64,000 nt of DNA from the NCBI RefSeq assembly GCF_001186125.1, contig NW_014040205.1, positions 1 to 64,000 of the forward strand, given 5' to 3'. Positions 38,661-50,230 of the stretch are shown one piece after another (the stretch's first letter is position 1; every line of letters begins with the position of its first letter). Both the position numbers and the translations under genes were made by a program. This stretch comes from Sphaeroforma arctica JP610. Taxonomy: Eukaryota. Below the pieces are notes generated by a model. That model was given only the letters and a program-made list of their open reading frames with translations, did not search any database and was not told the origin of the DNA.

Positions 38661-39558
38661 GCGAGGATTAGAGGTAAGGATTAGAGGTAAGGATTAGAGG
38701 TGAGGGTCAGAGATGAAAATCAGATGGGAGTATCAGAGGTGGGCATTAGAGGGAAGCAATAGAGGGGAGCATTAGAGGTGGGCAATAAAGATGAGCATTG
38801 GAGGGGAGCATTAGAGTGGTTACTATATATTAGAAGTGATATTTTAGTATCCTTTATTGGTTTTAGCTATAAAATATTTGCGTATTCATAGCTTCGTCAC
38901 ATCCCGTCATCTTCATAAACTCCTCGATGCACTCGTCCGATATATCCTCACCAGGTGGAAAAGTGCTGGATCTCTTTATATATGATGGCAAGGTCGTAGC
39001 GTCGTCAAAGAGTTGCTGGCTCATCTTAAATGTTATTGCGTGTTTGACTTCGTTCTGAATATACATGGAAGTAAATAATTTCATATTTAGCGCGTGACAG
39101 GTGATCTAAACCAAGTATGGTGTGTTTAAAAACAAATCAATAAGATCAAAAACTCTTGGGGGAACATATGACTGTTGTTATGTATAGTCTGGGCTGTATC
39201 GGTTCCTTCCGTTGGATACAGCGACAGTATTTTCGGAACTCATTCGTCGGACATTTCCCCAAGGTCATGGTAACTAGGACGCTCTTCGTAAGCAAATATA
39301 TAATTTGCTAATGAATTGTATTAGAGTTCACCTCTTTTGCAAACCTCTCTCGCCCACCTCTCTCGTCCGCCTCTCTCGTCCGCCTCTCTCGCTCACCTCT
39401 GTTGAACACCTTTATAGTCCACTTCTAGAATATACCTTTTCTGAACAACTCAGTTACTAACCTCGCTTCCCAGATTGTCCCATTCGAACAGTTTCCCACT
39501 GGCTACAAATGATACAGTTGCTTGCTCATCACTGGGGTTGTATCCATCAGTGTGTATT

Positions 39559-39757
39559 TGTTAATTGAGTTTCGGAAGAAGTGAGCTTTATTTTCCCTCT
39601 ACTGAGGATTCCTATTTGACTCTACTGCTTAGGGTGGGAGTCTCTGAATTTCTTTCATAGGTGTCATATATTTGTTTTGACACCTGATAGTTCTAGTACC
39701 GAACTGTATTTTTGTTATCAATTTGCTGACTGCTGGGTTGTTTGTTTGGTCCTGACA
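39559..39757 (-). repeat. Copia 3' LTR (199 bp)
   Basis: Aligns to 46320-46521 with about 14 substitutions and 2 indels by manual count. Confidence 0.95.
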
Positions 39758-42700
39758 CTCCCCTGAAGACAGTAGTCGGTAAAGTGAGAAAATACAATCT
39801 TGTGCTGCCCCATTCTCCCCTGATTGTGTTTCTCCCCTGATTGTGTTTCGCTTGGACTGTCTTGTGCTGGTGGTATATATGTCAACAGATCGTTGGTATG
39901 TTTAGAGTGTGTAGGACGAGCAGTATTCTTTGTGAGTATATCAGATTGATTCGCCTGGGATGTGACGCATTCAACGTTGATAATGCCGTTCTCTTGCAGC
40001 TGTTTGATGTGCTGGACACGAACATCAACGTGTTTGAGGTTCTTAGTAGGACCTTTGGATGTGATAGCGTGGATTGCGGACTTATTGTCACATTGTAGCA
40101 CTATAGGTGTCGTCTGAGGGAAGCCTATTTCCTCGAGCATAATGCGAAGCCACTATATATGTTTGGCTGCCTCGGAAGCGGCGAAGTATTCAGATTCAGC
40201 TGAACTAGTAAACAGTGTTTTTTGACGGTGAGACTTCCAGGCAACCGGGATTTTGTTGATTCTCAAAATGTAGCCGGTAGTAGATCGACGTCTATCCGGA
40301 CATGAAGCATAGTCAGCGTCGGAAACTGCATCAGCGATTGGGGTGCCTTTTTGGTATGTATAAGTTAATCCCATGTGTGGTGTACCCTTTATATAGCGAA
40401 GTATGCGTTGTGCGGCGTGCCAGTGTGTAGCCGATGGATAATCCATATAGCGTGCTAATGCGTTTAACGATGTCAATGCGTGTTAACACTGAGAGATATT
40501 GGAGTGTACTAATCAAACTCACGATATGCACACGGGTGACAAGGGCCGATGTTCTTGGACACAATGTCTGTGGTTGCTGGAGTAGGCGCGGGGTGGCTCT
40601 CTGTGAATTCAAAGTGTTCGATGACCTCCCGGATATAACTGTCCTGAACAAGGCTGATTAAGTCAGGTGTCGTAAGGACTCGGACGCCTAGAAGCCATTT
40701 GGGGTCACCCAAATATTCACAGCTGAATTCCTCTTGAAGAAGCGTTTTGAAGCGGTCCACGTCAGATGCTTGCTGTCCAACAATAGTGATGTCGTCGACA
40801 TAGATTAGACCTACACACTTCCATATCAGCAATAAATATACACTCGTCGCAAGCAGCCTGTTTGAAGCCCATAATCAAAAGTTTTGACTTAAGTAGTGCG
40901 CGCCAGAGTCTTCCCGATTGTTTGAGACCTTGTTGAGCTTGAGAATACTATCGGACGGTAGGCTAATAGCGTCTGAGCCCCGAGGTGGTCTCATATATAT
41001 CGGTTCATCTAGGTCGGCATTGAGATACGCTGTGTCGACGTCCATCTGTGCCACGTGCCAACCTTGCGATGCGGCGACGGCTAATAGTGGACGAAGTGTG
41101 TCGTGGCTGCATGTAGGTGCGTACGTCTCGCTGAAATTGATACCTTTTGTCTGGGCGAAACCTCTAGCGCACAATCGTGATTTGTACTTGTCGACCATGC
41201 CGTCAATCATCTTCACTTTAAACACCCATTTACTAGAGACGATGAGGGCGTCATCGGGGACATCATCTGGCCGAAGTAGATTATATGTGCCTGCCTTTTT
41301 AAGACTATCCAGCTCGCGTTGCAGTGAAGCTCGCCAAAGGTCGGCATCGTCGCCTTTCAGTGCCTCGCGAATGGTGTGAGGTGTAAGCGGGTGCTCTTGT
41401 ATTTTGAGGCAGGCATTGTAGACCTGGTGTACCGTATCATTATAGATGACCTGCTATTTTGTCAGTTCGTTCTCTGGTAATGGTTGCGTGCGGGCGTGTG
41501 TATCTGTGTTGATGTGTATGGGGAGGTCGTTGTCGTCGTCTTCATCGTCCGATCCGATAAGCCCGGGTCGTGCAGAGATACTAGATAGTGCCCTGTTGGT
41601 TGTTTTGCGTGCATGCTGCAGTGCCTATCGCCTATATTGTTTGTCAGCATGGTTTTGTTTTTAAGCGCGTTTCTTGTTTTCTAGAGCTCGTTGATACTTC
41701 TGTTTAGGGCTGAGTTCTTTGCCAGATTCGTATGAATGGTGGGATGCATTATATTTTGTCGCATTCACCGAGAGAATCCCTGTGTTTTCGAGGTCTGATG
41801 CCCATGACACACCCTTGCAGTGTTCTGCGTAGTGCCGTCTGCCGCTGACTGTGGTCCTGCACTTGAAGTGTTGATATCATGATGTATGTCAATTTCCCCC
41901 GGAATTCCTGTATCGGTCGTAGAGGCTGTGGTGTTGCGCTGAGCTGTTGTTAGCTCCCCTGGAAGTCTATCAGTGCGACTACCGGCAAGTATGCTAGTTG
42001 TAGGTGACTCCCCTGGAATACTAGTATTGGCAGTGTTGTTGTAATCTGTCATTTGTCGTGCGCGTTGACGCGTCATTCGCATGTTGTTAGGCAATGTGGG
42101 TTCTGTAAGTGTTCCCGAATTTTTGCGAGGTGGTAGTAACTAGCCCCGTAGCGTACGAGACGTGGGGTGTTTGTCGATATGTGTACTGAGTGATTCGTTG
42201 ATCGTAGTTTCTAAGTTTGGCTCCGCCGTCGTGTTGGTAGCTGAGCTGCCAGAAGATGGTGTCGGAAGTAATGCAGGAGTAGAGAGGAGTACGTTGGTGA
42301 TAGGACTTGTTGGTGGTCTATCATGGGTATTGGTTTGGTATGATTCTGTAGCTGTAGTCGAGGTGTTCGCTGTGTTGGTTTCAGTTTGGGTACTGGCATT
42401 CACGGTAGTAGGCATCTCGGGAGCTGACAGTGCGTCGTCGAGGTGTAGTGCGAATGTAAGTTCACGTATTGTGGGAATGTCCTTGTTGTCTTTTGCAAAG
42501 TGTAGGACTGGCGTCATACCGATCATTGTCCACGTAGGAAACGCACGATAATCAAATTTAACATCGTGGGAGTGGCATATCTTACCCGTTTTCACGTTAT
42601 AGATTTTGCACTCATCGTAGTACTTGGATTGCCGATCATGGCCGAAGTATATACCTATGTTCGCTTTGTCGTCCATCTTGTCCTCACGTGACTGATTAAT

Positions 42701-43084
42701 GAATGCCACCTGGCAACCAAAACGTGCATGTGTTTGATACGTTCGGTCGGTTTGCTGCCATAGAACACTTCCCAAGAGAACTTATTGTCCTTATTATGCT
42801 TATTCAGGTGCACTGATGATTCAAGTGTGGCATGCTGGAGTGCCTCGACCCACATGCGATCCGGCAAACCTACCTGCTTCATTATTGACAGCATAAGGTC
42901 GTGAATGGACTCGTTGGTCCGCTCGACTAGGCCATGTAATTGAGGTGTATTAGTAGGGATATTTTTCACCTTGATATGCTGTAATGTGTTGACCTGAATT
43001 CTTTGGAGACAAACTCCCCACCGCGATCACATTTGAGTTCCCTAAGGTTCGCAAGGTAGTCTTTTCCTATGTCTGTGTAGAAGA

Positions 43085-43547
43085 CGTCCAATGTTGCAGT
43101 GGCATCGTCTTTATGTCTGAGTGGGTATACAAATGGTTGTCCGTTATTGGCATCGACATATTTAATATTGCATGTGTAGCCTGTTGGGGACGTTGGCAAA
43201 CCCGCGTGGAGGTCAACGTGGAAAACTGTACCGACGGGTGGGACGTTGGCAAACCCGCGTGGAGGTCAACGTGGAAAACTGTACCGACGGGTGGTAGCGT
43301 GCTCTCGTCTTTGGTTGTGCGTGAGACTGGTCGTCGTCGCATCGTCCAATGTTGCAGTGGCATCGTCTTTATGTCTGAGTGGGTATACAAAAGGTTGTCC
43401 GTTATTGGCATCGACATATTTAATATTGCATGTGTAGCCTGTTGGGGACGTTGGCAAACCCGCGTGGAGGTCAACGTGGAAAACTGTACCGACGGGTGGT
43501 AGCGTGCTCTCGTCTTTGGTTGTGCGTGAGACTGGACATCATCGCAT
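43085..43547. repeat. Nested tandem duplication in the Copia integrase (~205-bp unit x2, one copy with an internal 53-bp duplication)
   Basis: CGTCCAATGTTGCAGTGG at 43085 and 43343. GACGTTGGCAAACCCGCG occurs three times. Confidence 0.92.
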
Positions 43548-43654
43548 TTCCCCACGAAGCAAGGGTTGCAGAATGTAAGCGCGCGTGGACGAAGTATGCA
43601 TTTTGCTTCGGCGTCTAATAGTGCTGTTATTGGTGGAACCACGTGCTTAGTGCT

Positions 43655-44080
43655 ACCTGCGCGAGCAACGCAGACATACCGCCACTTAGGTGGTCCGGTA
43701 ATCTCAGTACCATTCTGTAAGAACGTGTTGGCTGTGGTTTCGATGAGTTCCACATGGGAGTGTAACTGGAGTTTCGGTTGGTTGTAGTTGCGCGTGTTGG
43801 GTTGAAGCGGAAAAACCATAGTGATAAGCCCATCCTCCCTCTCAAGCTTGAGAAGTGCTTCTCTCCATGTTTGGATACGAAAAGGTATATTGCCGAAGAG
43901 ACGTGTGTTTGGCTGTCGCCATGACTGTTTGAATGCGTCGTGCAGTGGTGCATCTGGCTCTAAACTGCGGTAGACAGGAACTTGTGCCTTATGTTTCTAA
44001 GCAAAGAGGTCGATGCCTATTTCGTCGAAGACATCAGTGACGTGCGTCTTGACTAGAGTTGGGTTTAACTTCCAGTCATC
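43655..44080 (-). pseudogene. Dam-like DNA N6-adenine methyltransferase domain inside the Copia integrase Zn finger
   Basis: One frame with a single stop (43997-43999): DDWKLNPTLVKTHVTDVFDEIGIDLFA*KHKAQVPVYRSLEPDAPLHDAFKQSWRQPNTRLFGNIPFRIQTWREALLKLEREDGLITMVFPLQP..ETTANTFLQNGTEITGPPKWRYVCVARAG. Confidence 0.85.
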
Positions 44081-46319
44081 GTGTGAAGGCTTGGCTGGTG
44101 TGGTAGGTGTAATATTGCTCGTCGTTAGAGTGTTACGTGGGTCGCAGCGATGTCCTAGTCTATCATGCCAATTCTCGAAGGATTTGGCTGTGAAGTTAGC
44201 CACTGTATATTGTCCATTGTGATTTGGAATGCGATGTAATAGTTCATCGTTCTGGAGTAGGTGACACTCCGTTGGAACGGATTGATTGGGTTCCGGTGGG
44301 AGATATATCCCATAGTTATGCCGTTGTAGTAATTGTACGGATAATATATTCTGTGTTGCGGTTGGCATAATATGTACTGTTCCTAGGCCAGGGAGTACAC
44401 CACGTTGAATAAGTATAAGTTGACTCTTATTACGAAACTCCACAATAAAGTGACCAGTGTGTAAACCTTTGACACCATCTGTATTAGAGCGTATATGAAC
44501 CATTGCTCCAGAGTCGATAAGTGAGGCAGTAAGAGGTAACGTTTATGCGGGCACAGCCCTAGCAAAGTAGCATTGAGTATATTTAGTTTATAGTGGCACT
44601 CAGGTGTGTGGGGGAGTAGGGTGTAGAACTTTCGAACTATGTACAGTTTGAGTATTTGTGGACAGTGCCCCGCCCCTTTAGTTGTTCTTGATGCATGCCT
44701 CGTCGTTATGGCCAGGTTTGTTGTCGCACTTGCTACATGTGAGAGTCGAACGGTCGACGGGACATTTTTTCCCGATGCGATCCTTCGATCCGCATCGTCG
44801 ACAGATAGATTTTCGTCAACCGTAAAAACTACGACCTGCTTCTTTGCACAAGGAACATGTGATCTCGCGAGGTTGGCGCTTATCTTTCACGTCTTTCGTG
44901 TCCGGCTGTGTGGTGATAGCGTTGATTTCTATTGTTGTATTGCGTGCCGGGATCTGATGATCGCCTTCGAACTTGAGAGTCATGCGATATACCTCATTGA
45001 TGTCTAATTTGTCAGTGTCTAGATCGAAGATGTTGGATCGGAGTAGTTGATAGTCGTTGCCTAGACTATAGAGTAATGCGCAGATGATGTGTTTATCTGG
45101 AATTACCTCACCGACATCGAGAAGTCCCTGACGAATTTCCTTCAAGGTCTGCATTGTCTTCTCTGTAGTACCCGATGCCTTGAAGTTGACGAGACGCTTC
45201 ATACCGTCCCAGAAGCGCCCATGGGTACCAGTGTTGCTTGTAATACAGATGTAGTTGAAGAAGTCAGAGGGTGATTTCGAGTAGTGGTTTTGTATACTGT
45301 ATTGATCAGCTCTTCCTGGATAGAAACAATCATACTACGGCGACATCTTGCATCAGCGAGCGTGTCTGTACCGCAGAGTTCGTCACAATCGGGATGTAGG
45401 CGATGCAAAACACAATAATGTGCAAGTTCCACTTTGATGCCCATAATCCAAGATCCGAAGTTTTCCCAGTTCTCTAGTTTTGTTTGCTTGTACACGTCCT
45501 TGTACTTGGGGCACTCAGAAAGTGGGATACCGGGATCGTCGGCAGTGATGCCATATTTGTCTGCATAAGAGGCTGGTTTTGGCTTTGTTGCGTGTTCGAA
45601 TTAGTCGATGACAACAAGTTTTTCTTGAAGCTCGATGCGTACGGAATCAAGCTCGGCTTGAAAAACACTGAGATTGTCGGTGGACTGTTCCGTTTGCTCG
45701 TATAAGCGGGACTGTGGTTTCGTGAGGCGCTCGGAGATTTATGGGTGTTCTGATTTGAGCGTGTCGTATTTAGCGATGAGTAGTTTGTGATCATCTCCAA
45801 GTTCGACATTATGCCGTTTGAAACGGTCGACCTCAGCTTGTAGTTCTTGATTGCGTTTGCTTACGTGGTATAGGTCACTCTTGGCAAATATCAGGTGGGC
45901 TAGTGCCGTAGCTGTGGAAGCGCAGACTTCTTGTCGGCTGATGGGAAGTACCTGGATGAGTTTGCGAATGGCGATTAAGTGTGTATTGGCAGATTCAAGA
46001 TTGCTGTATACGGAGCATTGAGGCCAGTATTCTCGTGCGAATGCTAATGCGGCATCTAGATTATCAAAGCGTGTTGGCCATTTGACCATTTTTGGGCTGT
46101 CCATAGTGATTCGTATAGGTGAAATCACTTGCGTGTGAGTTTGTGGTACTTACGTGTAAGTTGTGATGGCGACTGTTAGGATGTAAGGGAATTTGCAGAT
46201 ATAAGAAATTGTGTGCGTAATGTGTAGCTGTGAGTTTAGGGTGTGTGTGGCGTAGTGTGTAGCGTGGTGTGGTTGGATGTGTATTGACTTACTATCGTGT
46301 CTAATCGAGGCCCATGACC

Positions 46320-46521
46320 TGTTAGACAATTGAGTTACGGAGGAAGTGAGCTTTATTTCCCCTCCACTGAGGGTTCTTATTTAACTCTACCGCTTAGGGC
46401 GAGAGTCTCTGAATTCCTTTCATAGGTGTCGTATATATGTTTTGACACCTGATAGTTCTAGTACCGAACTGTATTTTGTTATCAATTTGCTGACTGCTGG
46501 ATTGTTTGTTTGGTCCTGACA
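46320..46521 (-). repeat. Copia 5' LTR (202 bp)
   Basis: Followed on the minus strand by the PBS at 46319-46306. Confidence 0.95.
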
Positions 46522-46675
46522 GTATTAAACGATGGGCGCTTGGAGCGACCCAACTGTCATATTTATAACCAACCCTAAATGAAGTTTTCTCAAAACCTGG
46601 CGTTGCGTCCGTATGCACAAAGTTAAGCTGAATGAATAAAACAATATTAAATTGGTCATGGCAGCGGTTCTCGAC

Positions 46676-46802
46676 AATACTAGGCATAACAGCGGTGCGC
46701 AAAAATGCTAGACATAACAGCGGTGCGCGATAATGCTAGGTATAACAGCGATGCACAATAATGCTAGGCATAACAGCGGTGCGCGATAATGCTAGGTATA
46801 AC
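46676..46802. repeat. 28-bp tandem repeat x~4.5
   Basis: Unit ATGCTAGGCATAACAGCGGTGCGCGATA; recurs at ~47247-47290. Confidence 0.88.
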
Positions 46803-47650
46803 TAGCTTACTTACCTTGAATTTGCAACCACATTTTATGGAATGTCTAGTGCGGTGAACATGAACTCGGTTAGTTTCCGGCTATACTTTTCTTCTCCTCA
46901 CTTCTTGGCGCCTCGCTAATTTTGCGGTAGTAGCGCTTCAATTGCAACCCAATATACTTTTCCCTCGCTTCAAGTCTGCGCCGCTACATAGCACCACTCC
47001 CATTTTTGGCAGCAAGAGTATCGCAAAACAACTTCCTCCCAGATACATCCTTGTAGAATGTTCTCAGGTATATGATTGTACTCACGTTTGCGTTTTATTG
47101 GGCGGTCCCAGAATGTCGTATTGGGTACCAATTTTGGCAGACCGCGTTCCAGGTATGTTATCTCCAGCCTCATCACTGTCACCGCCATCACTGCCATCAC
47201 TACTGTTATTTCCCTCAACGTCTGTGTTGTGTTCGCTTGCGCGAAAATGCTCGGCATAACAGCGGTGCGCGATAACGCTAGGCACAACTAGCTTACCTAC
47301 TTTTAATTTGCAACCACATTTTATGGAATACATACAGCCTAGTGCGGTGAACTGGAGCTCGGTTAGTTTCCTGCTCTACTAACCTTCTCCTCACCTCTTG
47401 GCGCCTCGCTAATTTTGCGTTTGTACTGCTTCTATCGCAACTCAGTACCTTGTTTCCTCGCTTCAAGTCTGCGCCGCTACATAGCACCACTCCCATCTTG
47501 GCAGCAAGAGAATTGCAAAACAACTTTGCCTGAGCATAGCTTGAAAATGTTCTATCTGGATGAAGTTCTTCCTTCTAGACACATCCTGTTAGAATATTCT
47601 CAGGTGTATGATCGTACTCATATTTGCGTTTCATTGGGCGGCCCCAGAAA
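46760..47650. repeat. Diverged segmental duplication (~46760-47113 vs ~47247-47650)
   Basis: Shared blocks TTTGCAACCACATTTTATGGAAT, CCTCGCTTCAAGTCTGCGCCGCTACATAGCACCACTCCCAT and TTCTCAGGT..ATTGGGCGG. Confidence 0.85.
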
Positions 47651-47699
47651 GAATGGCTCTCATAGCCGTTGTAGTGGCTCGGGGAAGATAGTTGGGAAG

Positions 47700-50230
47700 A
47701 ATTGGTCCGTAACTGTTTGAAGTTTGGGCCAAGTGAGTCGACGATAGAGATTATGTGCTGGGTCTGCAATTCAGGCCGGTGCTGACAAGAAACTGACACC
47801 ATCGAGTGCGCCCTCCTGCCATATATTTGCTTTCTGGCATACTAAGTAGCGTATCTATCTCTGTGGGTCGAATCGGGTCTTCACCGTGTAGTGCCGTGGA
47901 ATGGATTAGCACAGAGTACGAAATATCGAATAGAACCAGAATATTCGTCATAGTTCGGACGATGGATTTACCCGGTATGTGCTGGTTGACCTGGATTAAA
48001 AGTATCGCAGGCGGGACGGTCAACAGATAACTTGGCTTGGACCGAAATTAAATAGCAGTAGTACTTTAATAGCGTGATTGGCTGGGGTATATGGGGAACA
48101 TCTGTTGATGTGTTAGAGACAGGTGTGGATACGGGTTTTGTTTGGGAAACCTAAACTATTTAATGCCCGTGATGATGGCTGCTGCTTGGATGAGTACTGA
48201 GTTATAGCGCTAAAACAGGAGGGAGAGTGGGAAACTCATGTATTTAGAGAGTTTAGGCTTGTTATGTGTGGGTGCCATCTTCAGGGAAGATACTGTGTAT
48301 TCCAAGGGGCATCTGCAAACGTCGGCGTAACAAGCTCATCATTTATATGGAATGTTGACGTCGCGTGTCGCAAGTTGGTAGATCGTACTCGAGGTTTGAC
48401 AATGACACCCTGTTCGAGGCCAGATTTACGTCCTCAAGCATCAATGTCGTCTAAGAAGGGCTGGAGCAAAACCGGTTGTGAAGCTTGAATCGGTGTGTCG
48501 TCGACAAATAAATAAGAGCGGAGAAGCTTGGGCCAACATTGTTAAGCTAGTATTGTATTGTATGACAGCCAAGGATTCTATGTAGATAATAAAAATATGG
48601 AGGCCAACGATTGTGTAATAGCCGGGCCTCCACATTAGACTCTATGTTATAAACGGACTCTTAAGAAGTACGTAAACTATAAACGTACTCTTAATAGAAC
48701 AAGGAACTTAAGTTTCCTAAATGGTTTTAACGGTTTTAGTAATTAATACCTTTTCCATTTTACATATCAGATATTTGGACAAGGCCGTTATAAGGCCCCG
48801 GTAAAATATCAAACATAAGATTTGGTCTAGTTCTATTAATTATATTTACTTTCCAAATCTATTTATATCTGAATACTTCGGTAGCGAGATGGCTCAACCG
48901 AATATAGGTTTCTAGGGACTATTAACGTTACCTAGCTTATCCTCCGTTCAGCCAACCAGATGTGCCAGTCTGATGTAGGCTAAGCCGGTAATTCTTAATA
49001 AGTGGCAAGTTATTGATTAATGCAATAACTATGGACATCAAGAGTACTTTTCTTTTTTCTTCTTCTATTCTTTTTTTCTAAAGATAGGATTTTATGAGTC
49101 TCTCGGATTCGCTCCAACGAAACATTCCATAGTTTCTAATAGAGCGACAACGAAACTAAATAAAATCCCTTCGGCGAAAACAGTACTGAGAGGATTATAT
49201 ATAGGCAATGTCTCAGACTCGGGTAGATACCCTCTCAAATAGCGCACAGAGGCAGTTGATCCAATTTTTGGGCAATCCAAGGTGGGGGAGTGCCCACAGG
49301 AGCAGGAGAGCAACCTTCTCATATGCCTTTATAATGTTCAGACAAACCTCGTTCTACTCATCTTCCTACTGTGTCTCAGATTTCATGGCGTCGAGTGCTT
49401 GGGCATGACAGGAGTATCGTGATTTAAAGCCAGCTTGGGTAGCATGGATAGCAGAGCCAGGTTGGCACGTAATCAACTTGAAGAAGCTGTACTTCTCAAA
49501 AGCGCGTCTGACCATTTGCGTTAGCGCCATAGGGCGAAAGTCGACGGGGGAGGTGATATCTACATCGGGATGTTTTCGGGTACTCATTCAGGAGAGTGCA
49601 GCTCAGGGCTACAGATAAGATACCCGCCTTCAGTAGCTCAGTGAATACTTCGGCAAAGAGTTTAATCAGTTATAGACTATTGATATCACAAGAGCATCCT
49701 GATATTGTTCTGCGTTCGGTGGAGCGCTTCACTGCGGCCTTCAGGAGGAGGGTGTAGACACTGTCAAGGCCAGACCCCTTATTGGGATAGCGTAGTATAG
49801 CCTTCATTACATCATCGGGGCGTATGGCGGGAGTTACATCTGGCGAGGGTTCGGTATCCGGTAAAACCACGTTCGGGTTTATGGAGTTGCATAGGTCCTC
49901 AAAGTAGCCAGTGAGCGTGGCGCCTGTGTCATCGGCACCCGGTATGCAGGGTTGGCGTGGAGATCGTCGTTGGTACACAATATGTTTAAGCATTTCAGTA
50001 TTGCTTTGGGCGATCATACGTAGGAAAAATTGTGTCGCTTCGCATCTTTGCGTGTCATCCTTGTGCAGGAGCCATGCTAATCTTCTGTGTATTTTCCATT
50101 TTAGTTTAACATGAGACACCACCGAAGTGAACTCATAGCGGGGATCTTCAGAGTCCTTCTGTATGTGGTGTACGGAATTGACGACATTTTTTTCGTCACA
50201 TTTTACGCCCACCACGGCACTTACAAAGTT
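47700..50230 (-). mobile_element. Degenerate non-LTR retrotransposon (LINE) reverse transcriptase
   Basis: RT motifs DVMKAILRYPNKGSGLDSV (domain 0), DFRPMALTQMVRRAFEK, QAGFK, LNIIKAYEKV, FIIYIESL and LFVDD (~48500). Split by an AT-rich segment at ~48640-49095. Confidence 0.8.

Larger units (their letters stand above)
39559..46521 (-). mobile_element. Full-length, degenerate Ty1/Copia LTR retrotransposon with an MTase insertion
   Basis: TG..CA LTRs at 39559-39757 and 46320-46521; 5-bp TSD GTATT (39554-39558 and 46522-46526); PBS GGTCATGGGCCTCG; PPT CAGGGGAG. Domains in Copia order: gag (44816-45495), protease LIDSGA (~44520), WHDRLGH..CNPC..GK, integrase CDRGGEF..GLVERTN, RT YKSRLCARGF..QMDVDTAYLN..YVDD, RNase H SDADYA..CDNKSAI..SDILTK. 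Confidence 0.97.

Noticed and set aside
38863..39558. 73-aa ORF and the open frame that the Copia appears to interrupt (continuing at 46527-46700)
   Set aside because: No recognisable domain or splice structure; cannot be supported as a gene.
46676..46802. Regular 28-37-bp repeats (also at 10793, 23989, 30476) as CRISPR-like arrays
   Set aside because: The units are head-to-tail with no unique spacers, there are no cas genes, and the context is eukaryotic.
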